From Parcubacteria group bacterium (lineage in GTDB: Bacteria > Patescibacteriota > Minisyncoccia > Moranbacterales > UBA9337), in assembly GCA_041662245.1 (NCBI GenBank), contig JBAZSW010000003.1:45798-109797 (forward strand): 64,000 bases of DNA, read 5' to 3'. The notes below the pieces were generated by a model, which saw nothing but the letters and a program-made list of their open reading frames with translations, was not told the DNA's origin and made no database searches. Below are positions 48,766 to 57,620 of this stretch, piece after piece. Made by a program: the position numbers and the translations under genes. Numbering within the stretch: position 1 is the first letter of the stretch; the number at the start of each line of letters is the position of its first letter.

Positions 48766-48809
48766 AACCATCAAAGCTACTAATTCAAGCAATTGATGGT
48801 TATGTTTTT
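48766..48809. terminator. hairpin AACCATCAA-N18-TTGATGGTT + T-run; bidirectional terminator after the 73-aa gene
   Basis: 9-bp perfect stem. T5 on plus, T-rich on minus. Confidence 0.55.
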
Positions 48810-48820
48810 CAAACAAAACT

Positions 48821-49042
48821 TTAGAGAATCATCTGTCTCAGCCCCCAAATAGAGGAAGCGGGAGCTATAATGACTCCTAATATGAAGGATGCAATTATTC
48901 TATTAAAATAAGCATCGACATCATTTAACATCAAATTCGACATTGCCATATTTGCGACAACTACCGCTACCGCCAAAAGAAGCAGCGATGCAACAAATAC
49001 ATAAATTCCGATACTCTTTTTGGTTTTCTCTTCTTTACTCAT
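48821..49042 (-). CDS. small two-TM protein, VirB2/TrbC pilin-like candidate
   Basis: 73 aa, two hydrophobic helices, own terminator. Confidence 0.35.
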   Translation of the reverse strand: MSKEEKTKKSIGIYVFVASLLLLAVAVVVANMAMSNLMLNDVDAYFNRIIASFILGVIIAPASSIWGLRQMIL

Positions 49043-49165
49043 GGCATCCTCCCTCTTTTCAATGTTAGTGTTTTTTATATAAAATGTACTATTTTTCTCA
49101 GCATTATTTTAACACAAAATTGTTTACTTATCAATAAAAAGATATCCATCAAAATAAAACAAATG

Positions 49166-49205
49166 AAAACCGCCTAACACCAAAAAGGCATCGGGCGGTT
49201 TTTTG
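49166..49205. terminator. GC-rich hairpin AAAACCGCC-N19-GGCGGTTTT + T-tract; bidirectional terminator after the 107-aa gene
   Basis: Only strongly GC-rich stem in this AT-rich region. Immediately follows the stop at 49223. Confidence 0.6.
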
Positions 49206-49222
49206 ACTAACCATTGAAAGTA

Positions 49223-49546
49223 TCAACAGTTAGCAGCAGACGATTTGGCAGAAGAAGGTTTATTATTGGATATCTCAGAAGGAGAGACTACCCCATAAAT
49301 TTTCTTCATTCCGTTTATAATTAGCAACGGAGCACCTCCCCAACAGCACAGGGTTGCAAACATTGTTTTTAGTGGGTTGGCATCGTTCATAATTCCTTCC
49401 CAGGTAAACATATCTGCTGTGTAGTTCTGAACTGTGTTTGAAAGAAGCAGGGCGATGGCTAGAATCAAAATTCCAGCAACAACGGTGCTAATTCCATTCA
49501 TTTTTTCATTCATGCTTTCCTTTTCACTCATAACCGTACCCTCCAC
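49223..49546 (-). CDS. small two-TM protein, VirB2/TrbC pilin-like candidate
   Basis: 107 aa, two hydrophobic helices, C-terminal Ser-rich tail, own terminator. Confidence 0.35.
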   Translation of the reverse strand: MEGTVMSEKESMNEKMNGISTVVAGILILAIALLLSNTVQNYTADMFTWEGIMNDANPLKTMFATLCCWGGAPLLIINGMKKIYGVVSPSEISNNKPSSAKSSAANC

Positions 49547-49712
49547 TATTTTTTAATTTAAAAGTTAACTGCTAATTTAACGCCAAATTTAGCGTTAACT
49601 CACTATAGCAGAAAACGGTTTTTCTGTCAAGTCAAACAAAAAACAGCCTCCAAAAGAAAGCTGTTTTTATACTATGCATAATTTTATAAACCTTACAAAC
49701 TTTATAAACTTA

Positions 49713-50789
49713 CTAATAAATAAATCCTTTTATTACCCTACTATTAGTCGGGATAGTTCTTCTGCTAGTTTTAGCCCATCCTTTATAATTCATTTCTGAG
49801 ACAGTGATAGTTCCTTTGCCAACAGATTCTACGATAGCCACGTGTCCCCACCATGATTCAGAGCTAACCATGATCGCTCCCGCCGCTGGTGCTTTTCCCG
49901 TTTTATAACCTCGAGCTTTGGCATTATATAACCACGTTCCTGCATTCCCTCCCCATGGCACATATCTTTTTTGGGCCACATACCAAGTACAATAACCATA
50001 AGGAAATCTATGTCCAGTTCCTCCCTTTCCATCCAATTTTAATGTTCCTGAAATCTTAGGATCCCCACCCGTTGACGTCGCATAACTTCTTCTTTCAATT
50101 CCCAATGTGTCTGTCTGAACTGGCACAGGAATATCTTTCTGTCCCCCAGGGATAACTATTTCCTGACCCTCTGCAATTTCTCCATTAGCGGGAATATTGT
50201 CATTAAAAGATATTATTTTTTCTTTTTCCGCTTTATATTCCTTAGCTATATCATCTAAATTTTCTCCTTTTTTAACCACATGTGTCAAACCAGCTACTGG
50301 TAAAATAAAAATTTGATCCCCAGGTTTTATTTCATCCACATCTTCAATATCATTTGCCCAAAGAATAGTATTGGTTGTTATGTCAAATTTTTGAGCAATA
50401 GTGCTTACAGTATCTCCATCTTTAACTACATAAACTTCCACACCTCCATCTTCTTCTGGGTCTTTTAATACAGGACTCGAAGGGGCGCTTACAATTTTAC
50501 CCTCCACTGAATTTATTTGATTTAAATCATCCTCTTTGAATTCCGGATTAACCGCTTTGCTAGCTACAGAAATAGGACTTAATTGAGCTCGTTTACTATT
50601 TTCAGCTTCAATACTCATATCGTTTTTAATTCTGTCTTCGCCACTAGTTCTCCATTCTCCTGCTAAAAAGCTACCTGTCTTCCCTTGCGCAGCCATGTTG
50701 GTGATACTCACTAATATTGCGCCAGAGAAAACCACAGCCAAAGCAGAATATTTCCTAAAAAGGTATAATAATTTTACCGTTTGATGCAT
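49713..50789 (-). CDS. LysM-LysM-CHAP peptidoglycan hydrolase (VirB1/PrgK-like role)
   Basis: Two LysM repeats (YVVKDGDTVSTIAQKF..., HVVKKGENLDDIAKEY...). CHAP domain with Cys (GYCTWYV) and His (WGHVAIV). Confidence 0.75.
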   Translation of the reverse strand: MHQTVKLLYLFRKYSALAVVFSGAILVSITNMAAQGKTGSFLAGEWRTSGEDRIKNDMSIEAENSKRAQLSPISVASKAVNPEFKEDDLNQINSVEGKIVSAPSSPVLKDPEEDGGVEVYVVKDGDTVSTIAQKFDITTNTILWANDIEDVDEIKPGDQIFILPVAGLTHVVKKGENLDDIAKEYKAEKEKIISFNDNIPANGEIAEGQEIVIPGGQKDIPVPVQTDTLGIERRSYATSTGGDPKISGTLKLDGKGGTGHRFPYGYCTWYVAQKRYVPWGGNAGTWLYNAKARGYKTGKAPAAGAIMVSSESWWGHVAIVESVGKGTITVSEMNYKGWAKTSRRTIPTNSRVIKGFIY

Positions 50790-51027
50790 CTTTATAAAAA
50801 GAGCAATTTTTCTTTGTATATTATAAGTCTTTGTCTGAAAATTTTTACTTTTTACAAGAATCTTTTGAAAAAATCCTTTTATTTGTTTTTTACAAATACA
50901 GCAAAAATCCTTTCTTTAGTTCAAACTTTTAGAATTTTGCAATAAAAAAAGCAATTTTCATCAAATTCGAACTCTAATTTTTATACTCAAGCTATTATAT
51001 TATTAATAATCGTCAAAGTCAAAGCAC

Positions 51028-51047
51028 TTATCCACAGCTTATTAACA
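51028..51047 (+). promoter_or_regulatory. TTATCCACAGCTTATTAACA: perfect DnaA-box 9-mer within the shared 20-nt motif
   Basis: Direct reading of the sequence. 240 nt upstream of the CHAP gene and 158 nt upstream of xer. Confidence 0.3.
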
Positions 51048-51204
51048 GAATTTATATTGTTACTCACATTTAAAGGCATACCTGTTTGATAAAATTTTTA
51101 AAAGAAGTGCTGATTTTTTATAAATCTTAAATTACCATCTCAATATTTTATCTTCAATGCAAAAACACTAGCCTTTTATTATGTTAATATGCTAATATAT
51201 ATTT

Positions 51205-52122
51205 ATGTCGCACAATCATTTAGAATCATTAAAAAACGATTTTCTAGAGCATCTGGAAATAGATCTCAACAGATCTCAAAAAACTATCGAAAATTATGCC
51301 CATTATCTCGATCGTTTTTTGGTTTTCTCAAAAATATCTCAAGCTAAAGCTATTGATTTAAATCTGGTAAAAAAATATAGATTATATTTAAACCGATTAA
51401 CAGACGAAAAAGGCCAAGTCCTTAAAAAAATAACTCAAAATTACCACATTATTGCTCTAAGAAATTTTTTGAAATATCTAGCTAAACAAGATATAGTTAC
51501 TCTCTCAGCCGAAAAAATAGACGTTGGTAAAAATCCTCAGCAAGAAATGATTTTTTTAAATTTTGATGAAATAGAACGCATTCTCAATGAAGCTAATGGA
51601 AAAAACATAAAATCACTTCGGGATCGTGCTATTTTGGAATTGCTTTTTTCTGCGGGGCTCCGTGTTTCTGAACTTTCCGCTCTCAATATAGAGCAAATTA
51701 ATCTCAAGACACAAGAATTCAGCATAATTGGAAAGGGTTCTAAGATGAGAGTAGTCTTTATCTCTGATTCAGCTAAAATTGCATTGGAAAGATATCTTCA
51801 AGAAAGAATGGACATTGATCCGGCTCTATTTATCAGAACAAATAAAATTGGATTTACCAAAGAAGATGATCTTAGATTAACCCCTCGATCTATTCAAAGA
51901 ATTGTAAAATTTTATTCCAAGAAAGCTGGCATAATTAAAGATGTTCATCCTCATACCTTTCGTCATAGTTTTGCTACTGACTTACTCGCTAATGGCGCTG
52001 ATATTCGTAGTGTTCAAGCAATGTTAGGACACTCTTCTATAACTACTACTCAAATTTATACCCATGTTACCAACCAACAACTCCGTGATATTCATAAAAA
52101 ATTCCACAGAAAATCAAAGTAG
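51205..52122 (+). CDS. tyrosine site-specific recombinase (XerC/XerD-like)
   Basis: N-terminal SAM-like domain. C-terminal HPHTFRHSFATDLL...LGHSSITTTQIYTHV (R-H-R-Y). Confidence 0.8.
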   Translation: MSHNHLESLKNDFLEHLEIDLNRSQKTIENYAHYLDRFLVFSKISQAKAIDLNLVKKYRLYLNRLTDEKGQVLKKITQNYHIIALRNFLKYLAKQDIVTLSAEKIDVGKNPQQEMIFLNFDEIERILNEANGKNIKSLRDRAILELLFSAGLRVSELSALNIEQINLKTQEFSIIGKGSKMRVVFISDSAKIALERYLQERMDIDPALFIRTNKIGFTKEDDLRLTPRSIQRIVKFYSKKAGIIKDVHPHTFRHSFATDLLANGADIRSVQAMLGHSSITTTQIYTHVTNQQLRDIHKKFHRKSK

Positions 52123-52332
52123 CGTTATATCATTTCGACCAAATAAATTATTGTACTTAGTAATTTAGAAGTAGAAAAATTTCCAGTTGTATAAAACCCC
52201 GCTAGCCTCTATTTATTTAATATTCAACAAATCTCTCAAGTCCATATTTACTTCGCTCGAGATGATAGCCATAAACAACTCCTATTTAGAGGTTGTATTA
52301 AAATAATAATTAAAACACCTAGAACAATTAAA

Positions 52333-54474
52333 ATGAACTTACTCAAAGATCTCAATCCTTCTCAAAAAGAAGCCGTTATTTCTACCGATGGTCCTGTCTT
52401 AGTTATTGCTGGCGCTGGTAGCGGAAAAACAAAAACCCTTACCCATCGAGTAGTCTACCTAATTAAAGAAAAAAATATTTCTCCTCAAAACATTTTAGCT
52501 GTAACATTTACCAATAAAGCTTCTCTCGAAATGAAGGAACGTATAATGAGTTTGTTAAAATCAAATAATAAAAAATCTGTTGTTCTTCCTCATATTGGAA
52601 CCTTTCATAATATTTGCGCTAAAATATTACGCAAAGAAATTGACTCCTTGGGATACAAGAAATCTTTCAACATCTTTGATGATCAAGATCAGCTCTCTTT
52701 GATAAAAAGATCTTTTAAAGAATTAGAAATAAATAAAGACCAGTTTAACCCTCGTAGTATTTTAAGTGCCATTTCTAAAGCTAAAAACGAACTTCGTAGT
52801 GCGGAAATGTTTGAAATTAGTGCTAATGGCTATTATGAAGAAACGGTTGCTAAAGTTTATAAAAAATATCAAAAAGAATTGAAAGAAAATAATGCACTGG
52901 ATTTTGACGACTTGATTTTACTTACCGTAAAAATATTAGAGAAATTTCCTTCCATCCTAGAATATTATCAACAATTATTTAAATACATTATGGTCGATGA
53001 ATATCAAGATACTAATCACGCCCAATATCGTTTAATTAAATTGCTTTCCGATGGGCATAATAACATTTGGGTTTGTGGAGATGATTTTCAAGCTATTTAT
53101 GGTTGGCGTCAGGCCGATATCAAAAATATTTTAAATTTTGAAAAAGATTATCCTCAAGTTAAAGAGATAAAATTAGAACAAAATTATCGCTCTACCCAAA
53201 TAATTCTTGATGCAGCTGCCGAAATTATTGCCAAAAATGCTAATCAAAAAAATAAGAAAATTTGGACCGAGAAAAAAGGCGGTCATCTCATCACTTCTTT
53301 CGAAGCTTCTGATGAAAGAGAGGAGGCTCAATTCATAGTAAATGAAATCAAAAAAAATACAACAGCTTATTCGGATTTTGCTATTCTTTACAGAACCAAT
53401 GCCCAATCCCGAATTATTGAAGAAGTTCTTCTTAAATGTTCTGTCCCCTACAGAATTATTGGCGGAATCAAATTTTATCAAAGGAAGGAAGTGAAAGATA
53501 TTTTAGCTTACCTTCGTCTTATTCAAAATCCCAATGACTCCATCTCGCTAGAACGCATAATTAATGAACCCAAAAGAGGTATTGGGAAAGTCACTCTGAG
53601 TAAATGGATCTCTTTCGCTAAAAATAAAAAACTCAATCTTATTTCTAGCGGGCTAAAACTTAAAAACGAAAGAGAATTCAATAATAAAAAAGCTTTGGCT
53701 ATCTTTAATTTCTGTAATCTTATTAAAGAAGCTGGGCAGTTAAAAGAAAAGTTAACTCTATCTCAGCTCATTAAAAAAATATTCAAACTTTCTGGCTATG
53801 AAAAAGCGCTGGAGAATTTGGGCGAGGAAGGAGAAATCAAAATAGAAAATATCCGAGAACTTTTAAGTGTTTCCCAAAAATACAAAAATGATTTAGCCAC
53901 AGATTCTATTGATGTTTTTTTAGAAGAAGTCGCTCTTGCCTCCGATACTGACAAGATTGACCAAGATAAAAATTCTGTCCATTTAATGACTTTACATAGT
54001 GCTAAGGGCCTAGAATTTCCGATAATATTTATTACAGGGTTGGAAGAAGGTATATTACCTCATTCTCGAAGCATGCTTAATCAAAAAGAAATGGAAGAAG
54101 AAAGAAGATTGATGTATGTCGGGATAACTCGTGCTAAAGAGAAAGTCTACCTGTTGTTCACTACTCTTCGCACAATTTTTGGATCTACCCAATCCAATTC
54201 TCCATCTCGTTTTCTCGACGACATCTCGCCCCATCTTCTGGAAAATTTTTCTGAATCGGAGGATAATTTTTTAAAAAAACTTTTTACCCAGACATCCTCA
54301 TCTAAAAATGAAATTCCAAGAAAATATTCTGATGGTGAAAAAGTTTTTCATACCGAGTTCGGTCAAGGAATAATAATTTCTAGTGACAAAGAAATTGTAA
54401 CTGTAGTTTTTAAAAATGTTGGCATAAAGAAACTGTCTCTTTTGCATGCTAACTTAAAAAAAATAAACTCTTAA
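52333..54474 (+). CDS. pcrA: ATP-dependent DNA helicase PcrA/UvrD (SF1)
   Basis: LNPSQKEAV, AGAGSGKTKTLTHR, DEYQDTN, and the remaining helicase motifs. Confidence 0.85.
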   Translation: MNLLKDLNPSQKEAVISTDGPVLVIAGAGSGKTKTLTHRVVYLIKEKNISPQNILAVTFTNKASLEMKERIMSLLKSNNKKSVVLPHIGTFHNICAKILRKEIDSLGYKKSFNIFDDQDQLSLIKRSFKELEINKDQFNPRSILSAISKAKNELRSAEMFEISANGYYEETVAKVYKKYQKELKENNALDFDDLILLTVKILEKFPSILEYYQQLFKYIMVDEYQDTNHAQYRLIKLLSDGHNNIWVCGDDFQAIYGWRQADIKNILNFEKDYPQVKEIKLEQNYRSTQIILDAAAEIIAKNANQKNKKIWTEKKGGHLITSFEASDEREEAQFIVNEIKKNTTAYSDFAILYRTNAQSRIIEEVLLKCSVPYRIIGGIKFYQRKEVKDILAYLRLIQNPNDSISLERIINEPKRGIGKVTLSKWISFAKNKKLNLISSGLKLKNEREFNNKKALAIFNFCNLIKEAGQLKEKLTLSQLIKKIFKLSGYEKALENLGEEGEIKIENIRELLSVSQKYKNDLATDSIDVFLEEVALASDTDKIDQDKNSVHLMTLHSAKGLEFPIIFITGLEEGILPHSRSMLNQKEMEEERRLMYVGITRAKEKVYLLFTTLRTIFGSTQSNSPSRFLDDISPHLLENFSESEDNFLKKLFTQTSSSKNEIPRKYSDGEKVFHTEFGQGIIISSDKEIVTVVFKNVGIKKLSLLHANLKKINS

Positions 54475-55628
54475 ATAAATATTTGTTCTGTTTCATCCAG
54501 CGCCTTTTTTATAAGATCCTTTAACTTCAATGTTTTTTCTGCTATTTTAATTTCAGCTAAATTAGCCTTTGTTTCTGGATGCTTTGGGACAAAACGAGTA
54601 CAGCAATCCTCATGTGGCAATATAGATGTTTCATAAGTACCTATTTCTTTGGCTTTTTTTATAACTTCTATCTTATCAAATCCAATAATTGGTCTTAAAA
54701 TTGGCATATTTATTGCCTCATCAGTAACTACGATATTTTCTAGTGTTTGTGAGGCTACCTGAGATAGTACTTCTCCGGTGCAAAGCGCTAAATATTTTTT
54801 TTCTTGAGATAATTCTTGAGCTATTTTCATCATCAATCTCCTATAGAATAAAACTCTTAATTTTTCCGGACAATTTATAACAATCTGTTGCTGAACATTA
54901 GCAAAGGGAACCATAAAAACACTAGCCTTTCCTTGAAATTTAGATAGTGTCTTGGCTAAAGCCATTACCTTTTCATTAGAAGCTGGGCTTGTATAAGGCA
55001 AAGAATGAAAGTGGACAAAACTTACCTGTGCCCCTCTTTTTAAAAGATAATAAGCTGCTACAGGAGAATCAATTCCTCCAGAAAGTAATGCTAATATTTT
55101 TCCGCCAGTTCCCACAGGCAATCCTCCGGATCCAGAAAATTTTTCCACATAAATAAACGCCTTATTATTAGACACTTCTACAAAACATTCCAATTGAGCA
55201 TTTTTTAGTTTAACTTTTTTATTTGTTTTTTTAACAATAAATGCACCTATTTCTTTGTTTATTTCCGCACTTGTTAAAGAAAAGTTTTTATCTGATCTAG
55301 AAGCGGTTATTCTAAAGTTATCAAATTTTTTATCTTTTAACATTTCCCAACAAACATCTTTAAAACTCTCCATATTTTGAGCGGACTCCTTGGCGAAAAC
55401 AAAGTTAGCTATTCCAAAAACCTCCCTCAGAATTAAAAACTTTTTAATTTTTTTCTCATTATCAATTTCTATCAAAATTCTCCCTGCCAGCTTTCTTACT
55501 TGACCGAAATTCTCTGCCCCCACCTCTTTAGTTAATTTATTTTTAATATTTTCAATTAACTTTCTTTCAAAATAGTTTCTGTTCTTTCCCTTTAGGGCTA
55601 TTTCGTCATAGTGACATATTATAATCAT
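54471..55628 (-). CDS. thiI: tRNA 4-thiouridine synthase ThiI (THUMP + PP-loop)
   Basis: N-terminal THUMP domain. PP-loop LLSGGIDSPVAAY. Confidence 0.8.
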   Translation of the reverse strand: MIIICHYDEIALKGKNRNYFERKLIENIKNKLTKEVGAENFGQVRKLAGRILIEIDNEKKIKKFLILREVFGIANFVFAKESAQNMESFKDVCWEMLKDKKFDNFRITASRSDKNFSLTSAEINKEIGAFIVKKTNKKVKLKNAQLECFVEVSNNKAFIYVEKFSGSGGLPVGTGGKILALLSGGIDSPVAAYYLLKRGAQVSFVHFHSLPYTSPASNEKVMALAKTLSKFQGKASVFMVPFANVQQQIVINCPEKLRVLFYRRLMMKIAQELSQEKKYLALCTGEVLSQVASQTLENIVVTDEAINMPILRPIIGFDKIEVIKKAKEIGTYETSILPHEDCCTRFVPKHPETKANLAEIKIAEKTLKLKDLIKKALDETEQIFI

Positions 55629-55954
55629 ATTCTTGCATTTTAACCTTTTAGCATATTAATACGTTAACACTTTAGCATACTAACATTAAAACAAAAAGCA
55701 TAAAAACAACATACTGTACCAACTAACATCCATAATTACCCTTCCACTATTTATCCTCTCGACTGGATAAGCATTTGTACTCAAATATTTAGTAATGGAG
55801 AAATTTAACAACAAAATAAAGATTTCTACCAAAAGAAAGTCCTCGGCTCCACTGTCGTTATACCCGAAATGACAAATTGCTTTTTATATTTCCAAAATAT
55901 TAAATTTTTATATTTATACCCATTCGTATTTTATAGAAAATTTATAGAGAATTC

Positions 55955-55983
55955 TTGACAATTTATCTTAATAGTAATAAACT
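55955..55983 (+). promoter_or_regulatory. candidate perR promoter TTGACA-N17-TAAACT
   Basis: Perfect -35 hexamer at 55955-55960. A weak -10 at 55978-55983 overlaps a TAGTAAT half-site. Confidence 0.35.
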
Positions 55984-55988
55984 CTATT

Positions 55989-56003
55989 TAGTAATAATTA
56001 CTA
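55989..56003 (+). promoter_or_regulatory. Fur/PerR-type operator: perfect 7-1-7 inverted repeat TAGTAAT-A-ATTACTA, 4 nt before the perR ATG
   Basis: Seen in the sequence. Same architecture as Fur-family boxes. An extra TAGTAAT half-site at 55972-55978. Confidence 0.45.
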
Positions 56004-56006
56004 ATA

Positions 56007-56384
56007 ATGAACATGGCCGAAAGATTAACGAATCAAAAGCAGTTTATATTAACCTATCTTCAAAGCACGACTACTCATCCTACTGCTGAAGAAATTTATT
56101 CGAATGTGAAAAAAAAACTGCCTAGAATAAGTTTAGGCACAATATACAGAAATTTAGAAAATTTTTCAAAAAGTGGAAAAATTTTAAAAATAAATGGAAC
56201 AACTAAAAGATTCGATGGAAGTCTGAGTGATCATCAACATTTTATCTGTTGTTCTTGTGGCAAGGTTTATGATGTTTTTTATAAAATACCCAAAATACCA
56301 AATTTTAAAAATAGCCTTCAGAAAATCGGAAAGATAGAAAATTACCAAATTTCCTTTTATGGAAAATGTATCCAGTGTAAATAA
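56007..56384 (+). CDS. Fur-family metalloregulator, probably PerR-like
   Basis: Winged-helix N-terminus, HQHF, CCSCGKV ... CIQC. Context upstream of rbr/dfx. Confidence 0.7.
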   Translation: MNMAERLTNQKQFILTYLQSTTTHPTAEEIYSNVKKKLPRISLGTIYRNLENFSKSGKILKINGTTKRFDGSLSDHQHFICCSCGKVYDVFYKIPKIPNFKNSLQKIGKIENYQISFYGKCIQCK

Positions 56385-56501
56385 AAAAATAATAACTTTT
56401 TTGAATTCCTAATTTGTAAATTCACTCAACTACTATGCTTTAATAATTTAAAGTAATTATACGTTAGTAAACAAATACAAATTTATAATTCGCAAAAAAA
56501 T

Positions 56502-57089
56502 ATGCAAAAAACAATTAAAAATTTAACCAAAGCCTTTATCGGCGAATCTCAGGCCAGAAATCGTTATTCTATGTATGCCAAAATTGCTAAAAATGAGGGC
56601 TACGAGCAAATTTCAGCTATCTTCGAGGAAACAGCTAATCAAGAGAAGGAACATGCCAAACAACTTTTTAAACTTATTAATGAATTAAAAAAAGATTCAA
56701 AAGAAAATAACTATGAAGAAATTATAGTAGAAGCCTCTGCTCCTACAACCTTTGGTACTACGCTTGAAAATCTTAGAGCTTCTGCCAATGGCGAAAAATA
56801 TGAATACGAAATTATGTATCCCGAATTTTCTCTAATTGCCAAAGAAGAAGGATTAGAAAAAATTTCAGTTAAACTCTTGTCTGTCGCCAAAGCGGAAGCT
56901 CATCATGAGGAAAGATATCTTAAGTTACTCGCTACTTTAGAAAATGATTCAATTTTTAAAAAAGAGCATGAGAGTCAATGGATTTGTAGAAAATGTGGAT
57001 ATGCGCATACAGGAGTTAGGGCCCCCCAAAAATGTCCAGCCTGCGATCATCCCATAGCTTATTACCAAATAAAATGTGAACAATACTAA
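56502..57089 (+). CDS. rbr: rubrerythrin (ferritin-like diiron domain + C-terminal rubredoxin domain)
   Basis: ExxH motifs; C-terminal CRKCGY...CPACDHP. Confidence 0.85.
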   Translation: MQKTIKNLTKAFIGESQARNRYSMYAKIAKNEGYEQISAIFEETANQEKEHAKQLFKLINELKKDSKENNYEEIIVEASAPTTFGTTLENLRASANGEKYEYEIMYPEFSLIAKEEGLEKISVKLLSVAKAEAHHEERYLKLLATLENDSIFKKEHESQWICRKCGYAHTGVRAPQKCPACDHPIAYYQIKCEQY

Positions 57090-57107
57090 TTTTTTAATTA
57101 TAAAAAT

Positions 57108-57494
57108 ATGAATGTAAAAAACAAAAATGAAGTTTATAGATGTAGTATCTGCGGAAATATTACAGAAGTTATTCATGTAGGCATGGGGGAATTGGTTTGT
57201 TGTGGTAAGCCAATGGATTTATTAATAGAAAATTCTCAAGAAGCATCCACAGAAAAACATATTCCAATTATCACAAAGACTGAAACAGGAATTAGGGTTT
57301 CTGTTGGAGAAATTTTTCATCCGATGGAAGAATCACATTATATTCAATGGCTTGAAGTTATTTCCAATAATAAGTCTTACAAAAAATTTCTCACCCCCAA
57401 AGATTCTCCCCAAGCAGATTTTTGTTTGGATTATGCAGGAGATTTAGTGGTAAGAGCATACTGTAATCTCCATGGCCTTTGGAAAAATGCCTAA
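57108..57494 (+). CDS. dfx: desulfoferrodoxin (2Fe superoxide reductase)
   Basis: N-terminal desulforedoxin CSICGN...CCGKPM; SOR domain EKHIPII...H...C..HGLW. Confidence 0.8.
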   Translation: MNVKNKNEVYRCSICGNITEVIHVGMGELVCCGKPMDLLIENSQEASTEKHIPIITKTETGIRVSVGEIFHPMEESHYIQWLEVISNNKSYKKFLTPKDSPQADFCLDYAGDLVVRAYCNLHGLWKNA

Positions 57495-57620
57495 AGGAAT
57501 TTATGTCTGGAATAGAACAAGCCCAAAAGGCTTGTTTTATCTTGAAAAAAAGGACAAAATAAGCTAGACTAGCAACAATATCAACTTTATCCGTTACTTT
57601 TATATTTTTTGCAATAAAAA

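Noticed and set aside
18989-51047. Direct 20-nt repeats (TTATCCACAGnTTAWTTAACA) with an excisionase-like gene near one copy and a tyrosine recombinase near the other: possible attL/attR of a 32-kb integrated element
   Set aside because: The bounded segment contains core housekeeping genes (ruvA, rpsT, holA, mutM, rlmH, pilB). Both recombination-related genes lie outside the repeats. A third perfect DnaA-box copy also sits in the middle. A regulatory-motif interpretation is more parsimonious.
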